Below, piece by piece: positions 1 through 15,699 of a DNA stretch of 64,000 nucleotides. This stretch comes from an uncultured Holophagales bacterium (GTDB lineage Bacteria; Acidobacteriota; Thermoanaerobaculia; Multivoradales; UBA5704). The position numbers and the translations under genes were made by a program. A model generated the notes under the pieces. That model saw only the letters and a list, made by a program, of their open reading frames with translations, was not told the DNA's origin and searched no databases. Within the stretch, counting starts at the first letter, position 1. Each line of letters starts with the position of its first letter. Where the stretch lies: the NCBI GenBank assembly GCA_963842525.1, contig CAWJGT010000006.1:193913-257912 (forward strand). Direction: 5' to 3'.

Positions 1-80
1 GGGCTCCCTGGGCTTCTCCTCGACGGCGTCGAAGAAGGCTTGGCATGGTTCCTGAGCTTGGTGAAGGTGGTTTCGCGCAT
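1..80 (-). CDS. Phd/YefM-like antitoxin N-terminus (partial at window edge, apparent 1-bp frameshift)
   Basis: ATG at 80 gives MRETTFTKLRNHAK; after a 1-nt shift it continues AFFDAVEEKPREP, resembling the prevent-host-death antitoxin N-terminus. Confidence 0.45.
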   Translation of the reverse strand, partial: MRETTFTKLRNHAKPSSTPSRRSPGS

Positions 81-94
81 GCCGCCATTCTCTC

Positions 95-334
95 AGAGGG
101 TGTTTGGAAATTGAGTCCCGCAGGGACGGACGGAATTAGCCCGGGCATTCATGCCCGGGAAGGGAAGGCCAACCCCCCCCATCCAGCCCCGTCAGGGGCG
201 GCAGGAGGCCCCTGCCAGCCGGATTCCTGTCGCCCCTCGCGGGGCTCCGGGAATTTGGATGCTTGATTCCCGGGCATGAATGCCCGGGCTAATCTCGGCC
301 GCCCCTCGCGGGGCTGATTTTCCAGACACCCTCT
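95..334. mobile_element. MITE-like element with 16-bp terminal inverted repeats enclosing REP-like palindromes
   Basis: AGAGGGTGTTTGGAAA (95-110) and TTTCCAGACACCCTCT (319-334) match 15/16; internal TTAGCCCGGGCATTCATGCCCGGG and its inverse copy; no transposase. Confidence 0.75.
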
Positions 335-374
335 CGGGCCCGGAAGGACTCTGTCCATCGATCTGTACACTGCT

Positions 375-665
375 GTGACTTCGTCGGCCTTGCGCGAGGC
401 GCCCCGGGTTCGTTGGCCAGGATGCGCTGACGGAGAGGTGGTCCAGCGCCATGCTATCGTGACGTCCATGGCCGATCCTTCGCAGCGTCCGCCCGATGTC
501 CCGGAGCTGGCATCGGACCCGTTGCCGCTGGAGGAATCTCCTGCTGCGATCGCCCGCGAAGAGCCACAGCCAACCCCCCTTCCCGCCATCGAGCTGAAAC
601 TCTCGCAGGCGTCGCCCCCGACCACCTGGCGCCGTGAAGAGATCTACGGCGATGACGGACGATAA
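375..665 (+). CDS. Small putative antitoxin upstream of a PIN toxin remnant (start uncertain)
   Basis: Acidic small ORF ending TWRREEIYGDDGR that overlaps the start of a PIN-like ORF. Confidence 0.45.
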   Translation: MTSSALREAPRVRWPGCADGEVVQRHAIVTSMADPSQRPPDVPELASDPLPLEESPAAIAREEPQPTPLPAIELKLSQASPPTTWRREEIYGDDGR

Positions 666-745
666 GACGGTCCTCGGCGATACCAACGTCCTCCTGTCCG
701 CAACGGCCCCCATCGTCCTCTTCATCGCGCAGCCCTCGCGGAATG
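652..745 (+). pseudogene. VapC/PIN toxin N-terminal remnant
   Basis: MTDDKTVLGDTNVLLSATAP carries the PIN first motif (DTNVL); similarity stops after about 20 aa. Confidence 0.5.
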
Positions 746-821
746 AGGGGCAATCGGGAATCCCCGCCCCCACCAATCCTGTTGTACAATTACGCCTCTC
801 TTTCACCAGGAGGCGTAGATC

Positions 822-5345
<4,524 letters not shown>

Positions 5346-5375
5346 GGGCGTAGGGGGGGTATACTGGCGGCATGA

Positions 5376-5879
5376 GCCGAGTGGCCGGCTTTCTGGAGCA
5401 GCCTCGCGGTCGGTCTGATCTGGGCTCTGTGGCACCTTCCGAACTTCTTCCTTTCGGGTTTTCCGCACCAGGATCTTCCATTCGCGGCCTTCGTCCTGAC
5501 CGTCGTGTCTTACTCCGTTCTGTTCACATGGTTGTATGCCAGGACGGATGGAAACCTCCTGGTGGCCGTCGTGTTCCATGCCGCGTTGAACCTGTTCTCG
5601 GTCGCAGGGCTCGATCCCGCGCGGCAGTCCTGGTGGCGGGCGCTGGTGTATGGGCTTGTCGCCCTCCTGCTGATCGCGACCGGTGGTCTGCGCAGCGGTG
5701 AGGGAGAGGCCAGCGGGCAGACGTTTGAGGATCTAGAGGCGGGCACGGCGACGACGAAAGATGGGCATGTGCAACACTTCGAGGGGCACTACGTATTGAG
5801 GCGGTCTGTCGTCGACGGAGCCTCGGCGGAGCAGCGGGCATGGCACATCCACTCGGCCGATATCAACAAGCTGAAATAG
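5376..5879 (+). pseudogene. C-terminal fragment of a CPBP (CAAX/Abi) intramembrane protease fused to an unrelated tail
   Basis: Frame reads SLAVGLIWALWHLP...TWLYARTDGNLLVAVVFHAALN (CPBP motifs); in-frame stop at 5373 and no N-terminal EExxxR motif. Confidence 0.6.
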
Positions 5880-7195
5880 AGGATCCGGATCTCGGCGAAG
5901 CACGGGAGGTGCACGTGGTGGGCGCTACGCAGGACCCCGCTTGGGGGCCTGTCAAGCGGCTCCTGTTCCGGCTCGCCTTCGCCTACCTGCTCCTCTACAA
6001 CCTGCCGTTCCCTCTGTACTCCATCCCCTATGTCGGGGTCGTCGCCGACCCCTATGCCGAGCTCTGGAACAAGCTCGTGCCCTGGGTCGGAAAGCAGGCC
6101 TTCGGACTCGACATCAACGTCGTGCCCAATGGCAGCGGAGACACGACGTTCAACTACGTGCAGGTTTTTTGTTTTCTGGTCCTGGCGGTGATCGCGGCAG
6201 GGGTCTGGACTCTGCTCGACAGGCGGCGGCCCAACTATGCGCGGCTCCAGGAGTGGCTGCGGGTCTACATCCGCTTCGCGCTGGCGGTGGCGATGATCAC
6301 CTACGGTGCGATCAAAGTGATCAAATCGCAGTTCCCCGCTCCCACCCTCGACCGGCTCATGGAAACGTACGGCGATTCCTCGCCGATGGGGCTCCTGTGG
6401 ACGTTCATGGGGGCGTCGGCGAGCTACAGCGCGTTCACTGGCGCGTCCGAGATGCTCGGCGGCCTGCTCCTGACCGTCCGCCGGACCACTCTGTTGGGCG
6501 CGCTGGTGTCCGCCGGCGTCATGACCAACGTGGTGATGTTGAACTTCAGCTACGACGTGCCGGTCAAGCTCTATTCGCTGCATCTGCTCGCGATGGCGGT
6601 CTTCCTGGCCGCTCCGGACCTGCGGCGGCTCGCCGATCTGTTCCTGCTCAACCGCAAGGTGGAGCCGGCTCCGGTCAGGCCGCTCTTCGCGCGCAAGGGG
6701 CTCGACCGCGGCGCCCTGGTCCTCCGCACGGTCTGCGTGGTCGGCTTCGTCGCGATGTCCCTGGTCCAGGCCAGCCAGACGCGCAGGCTCTACGGCGAGC
6801 TCGCTCCCAAGTCGCCGCTGTACGGCATCTGGAACGTCGAGCGGTTCGAGGTCGACGGGGTGGTCCGGCCGCCAACAGGCACAGAGCCGGACCAGTGGCG
6901 GCGGCTGATCTTCGATGTTCCGCGCCGGTTCGCCATCCAGACCCCTGTCGAGTCCCGCCGGCGCTACTTCCTGGAGCTGGATCCCATCGCGAGACAGCTC
7001 GTGTTGACCACGATTGAGGACCCGGACTGGAAGGCGACGCTTTCCTATAAGAAGCTCGGGCCGGATCTCCTTGCGCTCGAAGGGCCGATCGACGGCCGGA
7101 AGATCCGGGCGATGGCCCGCCGGGCTCCGACGCCCGAGTTCCTGCTCGTCAACCGCGGCTTCCACTGGATCAACGAGTACCCCTTCAACCGGTAG
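5840..7195 (+). CDS. DoxX-like multi-pass membrane protein (true start probably ~5909-5915)
   Basis: Several TM segments; YGAIKVIKSQFP, SPMGLLWTFMG, LNFSYDVPVK and RGFHWINEYPFNR motifs. Confidence 0.75.
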   Translation: MAHPLGRYQQAEIEDPDLGEAREVHVVGATQDPAWGPVKRLLFRLAFAYLLLYNLPFPLYSIPYVGVVADPYAELWNKLVPWVGKQAFGLDINVVPNGSGDTTFNYVQVFCFLVLAVIAAGVWTLLDRRRPNYARLQEWLRVYIRFALAVAMITYGAIKVIKSQFPAPTLDRLMETYGDSSPMGLLWTFMGASASYSAFTGASEMLGGLLLTVRRTTLLGALVSAGVMTNVVMLNFSYDVPVKLYSLHLLAMAVFLAAPDLRRLADLFLLNRKVEPAPVRPLFARKGLDRGALVLRTVCVVGFVAMSLVQASQTRRLYGELAPKSPLYGIWNVERFEVDGVVRPPTGTEPDQWRRLIFDVPRRFAIQTPVESRRRYFLELDPIARQLVLTTIEDPDWKATLSYKKLGPDLLALEGPIDGRKIRAMARRAPTPEFLLVNRGFHWINEYPFNR

Positions 7196-8183
7196 TCTGA
7201 TCGATCCCGGTCACGAGCTGGCCGAAGCGCTCGAGGTCGACGTTGCCGCCGGAGAGGACGACGCCGATGCGGCGGCCGGCTGCGTCCGGCACCTTGCCAT
7301 GGAGGAGGGCGGCGAAAGCTGCAGAGCCCCCGGGCTCGACGACGACCTTCAGGCGTGAAGCGAGGAGCGCCATGGCCCGCCGCAGCTCGAGGTCGCTGAC
7401 GGTGAGGATGCCTTCGGTCAGCGCGCGGACATGGGCGAGGGTACGCCGCGACGGGCTCAGGGTCTGGAGCGCGTCGGCGATGGTGGCCGGCAGGGGGATG
7501 GTCACAGGCTCGCCTCGCTCGACCGAGAGCTGCACGTCATTGCCGGCCTCGGGCTCGACGCCCCAGAGGCGAATCTCCGGCCGCAACGCCCGGGCTACCA
7601 CGGCGCAGCCGGAGAGGAGGCCGCCGCCACCGCAGGGAGTCAGGAGGACGTCCAGATCCGGCACCTCCTCCAGCAGCTCCAGCGCCACCGTTCCCTGGCC
7701 GGCGATGACCGCGTCGTCGTCGAACGGAGGCACCAGGGTCGCCCCCTGCTCTTCGACGAACCGGCGCGCGATGGCCTCCCGGTCCTCGCCGCCGAGGCGG
7801 TCGTAGAGGATGACATCGGCGCCGTAGCCGCGGGTCGCCTCTGCCTTGAGGGCCGGGGCGTCCCGCGGCATGACGATGGTGGCGTGGATCCCCAATTCGC
7901 GAGCGGCGAGGGCGACCGCCTGGGCGTGGTTGCCCGACGAGAAGGCCACCACGCCGCGCCGCCGCTCGTCCGGCGAGAGCAGCGTCAGCCGCGAGAACGC
8001 CCCGCGGGCCTTGAAGGCTCCGACCCGCTGGAAGACCTCGCACTTGAAAAAGACGCGGGCGCCGACGAGCGCATCGATCTGCCGTGATGTGAGGACAGGG
8101 GTGCGATGGACGTATGGCGCGATCCGCTGGCGCGCGGCCTGGATGTCTTCGAAAGTGACGGACAGGGACGGGGAAGAGGTCAT
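7185..8183 (-). CDS. PLP-dependent threonine/serine dehydratase family (threo-3-hydroxyaspartate ammonia-lyase-like)
   Basis: FKCEVFQRVGAFKARGA, SSGNHAQ, GGGGLLSG, SGGNVD motifs. Confidence 0.92.
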   Translation of the reverse strand: MTSSPSLSVTFEDIQAARQRIAPYVHRTPVLTSRQIDALVGARVFFKCEVFQRVGAFKARGAFSRLTLLSPDERRRGVVAFSSGNHAQAVALAARELGIHATIVMPRDAPALKAEATRGYGADVILYDRLGGEDREAIARRFVEEQGATLVPPFDDDAVIAGQGTVALELLEEVPDLDVLLTPCGGGGLLSGCAVVARALRPEIRLWGVEPEAGNDVQLSVERGEPVTIPLPATIADALQTLSPSRRTLAHVRALTEGILTVSDLELRRAMALLASRLKVVVEPGGSAAFAALLHGKVPDAAGRRIGVVLSGGNVDLERFGQLVTGIDQTTG

Positions 8184-8213
8184 GGGCCAGGTCGCTTGCC
8201 TGATCCGTGAGGA

Positions 8214-9554
8214 TCAGGCGGGCTCGGGGCGGAGCAGCAGGCCCGGGCCGCCTGGCAGGCGCTGGAGGACGCCGGAGACCAGAGCGAGCAGCTCGAGAGT
8301 GCTCTGGTCCTTCTCCACGGCTTCGACGAGCAGGAGCAGGGCGACCATGGCCTCGCGTTCGACGCCAATGGATCGGAAGGTCGTCACCAGCTCGGAGACG
8401 AGCAGGCGGACCTCCTCTCTCCGGCCCTGCCGCAGCCAGACCGCAGCGAGCTCGAGCGAGACCAGGGCCGCGAGGTAGCCCAGCCCGGCCGTGTCCACGC
8501 CGCGGCGTGCATCGAGAAACAGCTCCTCGGCCTGGGCGAGGTCGCCGAGCCCCGCGGCGATCTTGCCTTCGATGATGTGCAGCTTGGTCTGCTCGCTCGG
8601 GCCGGCATGGCGGGCGTAGAGGGGCCGCATCCTCTGGATCTGCCGCCTCGCCTCCCCGAGATCGCCGAGCTCGACCCGGAACAGGAGGGTGTTGTGCAGA
8701 GCGTGGAACGCCAGGCGCGGGTCGCGCTCCCGGTCGATCGCGGCAAGCCCCTCGGCGAGAAGAGGCAGAGCCTGATCGGGGCGGCCCATGTACCCGGTGT
8801 AGAGGCCCTTGGTGATGAGCATCCGGCCGGCCTCATGCGTGTCTTCCCTCTGCGTATAGAGGGCGTGCGCCTCGTCGAGCATGCGGAACGCCTCCGGGAA
8901 CTGCCGCTGGTCGCAATAGAGCGATGCGCGCAGGTCAGCCAGGCGGGCGAGCAGGGCCGGTGAGCCGTTGCCTCCGGCCTGCAGCTCCAGGGCCCGCGCC
9001 ATGGCATCCTGGGCCTGCGCGAGGTCTTCCCGGACGCGCCAGGCGTTGGCCAGCTCCGCCCATGCACGGACACGCAGGTCGAGGGTCTCGCGCATGCCGT
9101 ATCTCCCGGAGTCGAGCCGGTCGGCCGCGTGCTGCGCGAGCTGTGCCAGCCGCAACATGCCCGCGGGGTCGTCGTGCCGCAGCTCGCGGCTCTTCTCCAG
9201 CAGCGTCGTGAAGAGGTCCAGCGTCCAGAAGCGAGGGTCCTCGGGGAGCGCCGGGCCGCGGAGCAGGCGTGACACCTTGCGCTCCACCTCCTGGCGGGCG
9301 ATCAGCTCGCGGTTGCGGGTCAGGACATGGGTGAAGGCCGAGGCGATCGCCGTGTCGTAGGCGGCGTCCAGCTCGGGGGTGAGCTCGGCTTCCTGCAGGC
9401 CGGGTTGGAACATGGCCGTCGCGTACGGCCCCATGGCGTCCTGGCAGTGACGGCAGCCGGCCGCCAGATGCCGCAAAACGGCGTGCGCCTGCTCGGCCGG
9501 TAGACCGCTGCGGAGGAAGCCTTCCAGCGTCTCGCGATCAGGATGTCCAATCAT
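8214..9554 (-). CDS. TPR-like protein with an N-terminal anti-sigma-like zinc motif
   Basis: MIGHPDRETLEGF...HLAAGCRHC followed by helical TPR-like repeats (RAWAELANAWR, HNTLLF, LVSLELAAVW); paralogous to 35300-36499 and 50998-52305. Confidence 0.75.
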   Translation of the reverse strand: MIGHPDRETLEGFLRSGLPAEQAHAVLRHLAAGCRHCQDAMGPYATAMFQPGLQEAELTPELDAAYDTAIASAFTHVLTRNRELIARQEVERKVSRLLRGPALPEDPRFWTLDLFTTLLEKSRELRHDDPAGMLRLAQLAQHAADRLDSGRYGMRETLDLRVRAWAELANAWRVREDLAQAQDAMARALELQAGGNGSPALLARLADLRASLYCDQRQFPEAFRMLDEAHALYTQREDTHEAGRMLITKGLYTGYMGRPDQALPLLAEGLAAIDRERDPRLAFHALHNTLLFRVELGDLGEARRQIQRMRPLYARHAGPSEQTKLHIIEGKIAAGLGDLAQAEELFLDARRGVDTAGLGYLAALVSLELAAVWLRQGRREEVRLLVSELVTTFRSIGVEREAMVALLLLVEAVEKDQSTLELLALVSGVLQRLPGGPGLLLRPEPA

Positions 9555-9615
9555 CGTGGCTCCTTCCATCAAAACAACAGCAAAAGAAATACCAGCCTGC
9601 TCCGCACAGCCCGCA

Positions 9616-9912
9616 TCAACCGCCGTTGCCGGCAGGTGGAGTCGGCACACCGGTCAAGGAGCCTCCATTCGGGTCCACGCCGAACCCCTTGTCCACTTCG
9701 GACTGCGTGGCTGCTTGCCAAAACGAAAAGATGCCGCTCATCCTCTCGCCGAGCCCGCTCTGCTCGACGACCGCGGCCCAGAAGACGAGCCAGCCCTGGC
9801 TCCTGGACGTCCTTGCGGTCTCTTCCGCGGCGGCAGGCCAAGCCCCTGCAAGCCCGATCCCGGCGGCGAGCAGCAGCACGGCTATCCCTCTGCGGATGAT
9901 GTGTCGGTCCAT
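9616..9912 (-). CDS. Small secreted peptide precursor with a GFGVDPNG motif
   Basis: RBS AAAGGAGGGA; signal peptide MDRHIIRRGIAVLLLAAGIGLAGAWPAAA; Trp-rich amphipathic middle; C-terminal DKGFGVDPNGG. Confidence 0.7.
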   Translation of the reverse strand: MDRHIIRRGIAVLLLAAGIGLAGAWPAAAEETARTSRSQGWLVFWAAVVEQSGLGERMSGIFSFWQAATQSEVDKGFGVDPNGGSLTGVPTPPAGNGG

Positions 9913-10061
9913 TCGGTCCCTCCTTTGACTCGAACGAAAGCAGGGCATCTTACAATCCAAGGTGCGCAAGGATAGCAGATCCGCGCCATCCCCTTGCGCA
10001 CCCGGTGAGCAATCCGGCTTGTTTTGCGCTCAAGAGCTGAGCAATTTAGACCCTCACCAGC

Positions 10062-13000
10062 CTACAAAGTCGCGACCGCCGCCTTGCGCCGGAGCTGGAG
10101 CACCTGGACATCGGGGTCGACGACCACCTTGTCGGGCTCGAAGGCGCAGCGGATGCGGACCACCTTCTCCTCGCCGGCTTTGAGCAGGACCGTGCTGCGT
10201 GCCTCGCGGTAGCCGGCGACCGGCTTGCCGTCCTCGGTGAAGCGCTCGCCCTTCGTCGCCGCCACCTCGACCGGCATGCGGCCGGTGCCGGCGTTCTTGA
10301 CGCGGACGATCGCCTCCCACCCGCCGCCGGAGCGCGCCTTGCGTGAGCCGCTCAGCTCGTACATCGGCATGACGACCTCATGGAACCACTGCTTCACGAA
10401 GGCGTCGTACCCCGGCTTGTCGGCGGCGAAGGGGCGCATGGTTGCGATGAAGTCCTGGAGCACGGGGTGGTCGGGCTTTTCGCTCCAATCGGCGATGAAC
10501 TGCCGCAGGCCGGCGAGGGCGCGGTCACGGCCCATGTGCCGGAGGAGCATCCAGAAGACCCAGCCGCCCTTGTCGTAGGTGACCGTCTGGTCTCCCGCCT
10601 TGGTGCCGTCGATGCGGACGAGCGGGCGCTCGGCGTCCACCTGCCGGTCCTCGCCGTAGTTCTCCTCGATCCGCTTGGCGAACTCCATGCGCGCCCGGGC
10701 GCCCTTGACCTGCTCGAACAGGAGCATGGTGGAGAAGTGCGACATCCCTTCGGAGAGGATATTGCCGCCCGGGCCCTTGCCGGGCGTCAGGAGGTTGCCC
10801 CACCACTGGTGGGCCGCCTCGTGGGCCGTGACCATGAAGGCGGCGTCGGTCTTGATGTCGCTCTTGGTGAGGAAGCCGATCCCCTCCGAGAAGGTGATGT
10901 TGGTCGGGAACCCCTGGGCGTAGGTCGCGAGGTTGGGGAACTCGGAGAGCTTGAGCTCACGCCAGGGATAAGGGTGGAACCACTCCGAATACCAGCGCCG
11001 CGAGGCGTCGAGCGCCCCGATCATCTCGTCGATGTTGTAGCCGTGCCCGGGGTGGTGGTAGATCACCGTGCCGTTGCCCCGCCGCTCCTTCCAGCGCCCG
11101 GCGACCACGTTGAAGAAACGGACCGGCCGGTCGCTCTCCCAGACCACGGTGCGCTGGCCCTTGTCCACCTTGTCCTGCAGCTTGGTGCCCACCGAGTTCC
11201 AGGTGTACTCCGCCGGTCCGGTGATGCGGATGCGGGTCGTATAGGAGCGGTTCATGCCGAAGGCCGAATCGGTCTTGCCCTCGTAGAAGTCCGGCGGGTA
11301 GTCGCGCGGCTCGTACTGGTTCTCGTCCTCGTCGACGCCGACACCCTCGATGTAGCCCACCACCGGCACGAAGCTGGGGCCGAAGCTGGTCAGCACCACG
11401 CCGGAAGGGAGGATGAACTCGTTGGTGCCGCCGCCGTTCTCGGTGATCCCCTCGGGGAAGGCCCCCTCGAAGTCGAAGCCGATCCGCAGCCGGCCGCCGG
11501 GCGGGAAGGGGCCGGGCGGGGTGAACACGTAGAGGCTCGACTTGTCCTCCGGCTTGTAGGGCTTGCCGTTCAACGTCCACTTGACCTTCTTCCAGTGCGC
11601 GCCGCCGGTCAGGGCGAAGCGGGAGAGGGCGTGGTCGCGGTCGTTGACCAGGTCGTAGGTGCCTTTGTTGTGGAACCAGCGGCGGGCCGGATCGAAACGC
11701 AGGTCGAGGCCGACGGCGGTGACCGCCGGCTGCGGCGCGTCCTTCCAGGTGGCGAGGTTCTGCTTCCAGTAGTCCTTGCCCTTCTTTTCGTAGGCCCCGC
11801 CCCGGAAGCCGTCCTCCACCGCCAGCCAGAGCATGATGCCGGTGACCAGCGGGACGATGGCAAAAGGGGCCAGGCGCAGCGCCTGCCGGAAGAACGGCCG
11901 GGGGGAGAGGCGGTGCATGGTGCCGATGGCGTCCACCTGCCGGCGCTGGAAGCCGCGGACCGAGACGGCGATGAACAGCGCGGCGAGGCCGAGCGCGGTC
12001 AGCCGGTTGAGCAGCAGGGCGCGGGCGTCGAGCTCGAAGGTGCCCATGTCCGTCCACTCCAGCGCTCCCCAGAGCGGCCAGTTGCCGACCCAGTTCATCT
12101 TGCCGGTGATCAGGCAGTAGCCGGTGAGGAAGATGACGGCGAGGCCGACGCCGTAGGTGACGAAGCGCTGGCCGGTGATCGCCCGGACCGCGGTGATGAA
12201 CGAGGTCCAGAGCAGGAAGGTGGGGATCAGCAGCAGCCCCCAGACGAGCAGGAACGGCCGCAGGTCGAAGCCGACCTTGCCCTGAACGAGCAGCGCAATG
12301 GCACACCCGATGAACGCCGCGAGCACCACCACCAGGCCCACCAGGCTGTTCGCCAGCGATTTGCCGAAGAGCATCGAGGCCGTGCGGATCGGGCTCGCGT
12401 AGGCGATCGAGCCGAAGCCCGTGGCGCGGTCGCGCTCGATCGACTCGACGGTGTAGAACATCAGGAGCAGGGAGAGCAGGAAGCTCAGCACGCCCATGGA
12501 ATTCACCGCCAGCCCGCCCGGCGTCAGCAGCATCCGGGTCTGGAACGCTCCCAGGGTGAACATGGCATTGCCCAGCGTCTCGACGAGGATGAGGACCGCG
12601 AAGAGGTAGATGCCGGGCGAGGCGAAGAGGTTGCGGATCTCCGTTCCCGCGATCCGGGCGGCGCCGGCGAAGAACCCGGGCGCGGAAGTGCGCATCCCCA
12701 GATCGGCGAGGAGCGGGGGGGCGGCGCGCGGTGCGGGCTTCGACCACCGTCGCCTCGGCGGCGGCGCGGCGGCGGCGGAAACGGAGGATGCGGCGCTCGC
12801 GCGCGGGGATCTCCGCGCCGCGTACGCTGCGCGCCAGGTGCCGCTGCGCCAGGGCCACGCCGAGCAGGCCGATGCCGCTGAAGGCGAGCCGCGACAGCAC
12901 GAAGGGCAGGTCCAGGCCGATGCGGGCCGTGTTGTAGAAGCCCGCGCCGCGGTCGAGCTTGATCCAGGTCTCGTCGAGCCAGCGGAAGCCGGCCGGGTCG

Positions 13001-13671
13001 ACCAGCATCAGGGCGCGGTTGATCCGCGGATCGAGCCAGGTGGGCGCCCAGTCCCACAGGAAGAAGGTGCAGAGGAGGAGCACGCCGATGGGGAGCAGGA
13101 ACACGGTGATCGGCTTGCGCCAGCGCTCGCCCAGGAAGAAGGCGACCCCGGCCAGGAACAGCAGGGTCGGCAGCCCGAAGATCAGCGCCGGGCGCAGGTA
13201 GTTGACCGCCTCCAGAGGGCCCCGGATCTCGGCCGCCTCGGCGTTCGGCACCACGTGGTTGAAGAAGACCATCGACAGGAGATGGAGCCCGAGGACGGCG
13301 AGGAAGCCGGTCAGCACCGCCAGGAACTTGCCCCAGACGTACTCGCCGGGCCGCAGCGGGGTGGAGTGGAGGACCTCCCCGAGCCGGTTCTCGTCGTCCT
13401 GGACCACGGTCATGCCGGCGGCGATCGAGACGAAGAAGCCGTGCATGGCGCAGACCATGATGGCGAGGATGATGCCGACGTTGAACTCGGAGGTGATCCA
13501 GGCCTTGGTGCCGCCCACCGAGGCGTCGCCCGACTGGATGCGGGCATTGCCGGTCGACATCAGCCAGCTCAGGAGGAAGACGAGGAGGAACAGCCACCAG
13601 AAGAGCGGACGCCGGAGGGTGTGCGCGAGCTGCAGGCCGTAGACCGAGCGGAACCGCGCGAAGCTCCTCAT
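10062..13671 (-). CDS. ABC-2 permease / M1 aminopeptidase fusion (frameshift at ~12715)
   Basis: Two multi-TM permease halves followed by an M1 domain with AHEAAHQWWG and LSEG; split at a G homopolymer. Confidence 0.85.
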
Positions 13672-14589
13672 CGAGCCCCTCCCGCCGCCGCCGTGGCCTC
13701 TTCCTCCTGCGGCTCCGCCGCGGCGTCCTGCATCCGGAGGAGGTAGGCGTCCTCCAGCGTGGCCTGGACCGGCTCGAAGCCGAGCGGCGCCTGGCCCGTC
13801 GGGCTCGTAGATCCGCACCCGGTGCTTGCCCTCGACCAGGATGGCCTGGGTGACCTGAAGGCGGCTGCGCACCTCCTCGAGCTCCTCGCGCGCCACCCGG
13901 CCCTCGAAGATCCGGCCCTGGATCGTCGTCCGCGCCTCGTGCGGCGAGGTCAGCGCCACCAGGCGTCCCCGGCGGATCACCGCGAAGCGCGGGCAGAGCA
14001 CCGCGACGTCCTCGACGATGTGGGTCGACAGCAGGACGATGCGGTCCTCGGCCAGCTCGGCGAGCAGGCGGTAGAAGCGGAGGCGCTCCTCGGGGTCGAG
14101 GCCGGCGGTCGGCTCGTCGGCGATGATCAGCCGCGGATTGCCGGCGATCGCCTGGGCGATGCCGAGCCGCTGGCGCATGCCGCCCGAGTAGGTCTTGACC
14201 CGCCGCTTCGCCGCATAGGTGAGGTTGACCCGCTCCAGCAGCTCGGCGCAGAGCTTCTTCATGCCGCCCGGCGCATCGATCCCCTTGAGCTCGAGGAGAT
14301 GGGCGAGCATCTTCTCGCCGGTCAGATGGGGATAGAAACCGAAGTCCTGGGGCAGGTAGCCCAGCCGTTGCCAGACCTCCTCCGGCTTGGCGAGGACGTC
14401 CTTGCCATCGAGAAGGACCTGTCCCGACGTCGGCTCCAGCAGCCCGGCCAGGATCCGCATGAGCGTCGTCTTGCCGGCGCCGTTCGGTCCCAGCAGGCCG
14501 AACATCCCGGGCGGGACGTCGAGGTTGATGCCCTGCAGGGCCGTCACGGGGCCGGGGTAGACCTTCACGAGATCGCGGATCGTCAGCAT
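13668..14589 (-). CDS. ABC transporter ATP-binding protein (frameshift at ~13790)
   Basis: GPNGAGKTT, YSGGMRQR, DEPTAGLD, STH; C-terminus TLEDAYL lies in the alternate frame. Confidence 0.9.
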
Positions 14590-14757
14590 GGGTCGGTTCC
14601 TTTCTGGTGCCGGAGCGGCCGGCGCAGGCCGGTCCCAGCGTGTTCTACGCACGAGCTGTGTGAGAGGTTACTCGACAACAGGCGGAATCGGCCGGGGGCC
14701 GGGCTCGGTTATCCTGTGGGGACTTTGCCGGCCGGGTTTCCGGCCCAAGGAGTGAAC

Positions 14758-15699
14758 ATGAGCCGCACGCAACCTGGTTTCCGCCTCTTCGCCGCCCTGC
14801 TCGCCGCAGGCGCCTTCTGCTTCGCCGTCCGCCCTGCCGCGGCGCAGGGCAGCCCGAACCTCTCCGCGCCCGCCGCAGGCTCCTACGTCCAGGAGGTCGA
14901 GGACGCCCGCAAGGAGCGCAACGCCGGGCTCAAGGAAGAGAACAGTTGGCTCACCCTGGTCGGCCTCTACTGGCTCGACGAGGGGGAGAACCGCTTCGGC
15001 AGCAGCGCCGACAACAAGGTCCTCTTCCCGGAGGGCAAGGTGCCGGCCGTGGCCGGAACCTTCGTCCGCAAGGGCAATGCGATCAGCATCCGGGTCGAGC
15101 CCGGCGTCAAGATCACCCATGACGGCCAGCCGGTGACCGCGATGGACATCCGGAAGGACACCGACGACAAGCCCACCGTCCTGGACCTCGGGAGCATCAG
15201 CTTCTTCGTCATCCAGCGGGGCGACCGGATCGGCGTGCGGATCAAGGACAAGGAGAGCCCGGTGCGCACCGCGTTCCACGGCCTCGACTTCTATCCGGTC
15301 CGGCCGGATTGGCGGGTCGAGGCGCGCTTCGAGCCCTACCAGCCGGCGAAGAAGGTCAAGATCCCGAACGTCCTGGGGCAGATCTCCGAGGAGGATTCGC
15401 CGGGCGCGGTGGTCTTTGCCCGCAACGGGAAGACCTACCGGATGGACGCCCTGGGATCGGCCGAGGAGGGGCTGTTCCTGATCTTCGCCGACGAGACGAA
15501 CGGCAAGGAGACCTATGGCGCCGGCCGCTTCCTCGACGCCGCGCCGCCCAAGGACGGCAAGGTGATGGTGGACTTCAACATCGCCTACAACCCGCCCTGC
15601 GCCTTCACAGCCTTCGCCACCTGCCCGCTGCCGCCCGCCCAGAATCGCCTGGCCCTCCGGGTCGACGCGGGGGAGAAGAAGTTCGGGGCGGGGCACTGA
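14758..15699 (+). CDS. DUF1684 family secreted protein
   Basis: Signal peptide; WLTLVGLYWL, TYGAGRFL, DFNIAYNPPCAFTAFATCPLPP. Confidence 0.88.
   Translation: MSRTQPGFRLFAALLAAGAFCFAVRPAAAQGSPNLSAPAAGSYVQEVEDARKERNAGLKEENSWLTLVGLYWLDEGENRFGSSADNKVLFPEGKVPAVAGTFVRKGNAISIRVEPGVKITHDGQPVTAMDIRKDTDDKPTVLDLGSISFFVIQRGDRIGVRIKDKESPVRTAFHGLDFYPVRPDWRVEARFEPYQPAKKVKIPNVLGQISEEDSPGAVVFARNGKTYRMDALGSAEEGLFLIFADETNGKETYGAGRFLDAAPPKDGKVMVDFNIAYNPPCAFTAFATCPLPPAQNRLALRVDAGEKKFGAGH

Noticed and set aside
10957-14652. 1231-aa ABC ATPase-permease fusion
   Set aside because: Artefact of frameshifts; the ATPase and the permease/peptidase are separate genes with an ATGA-type overlap at 13668-13671
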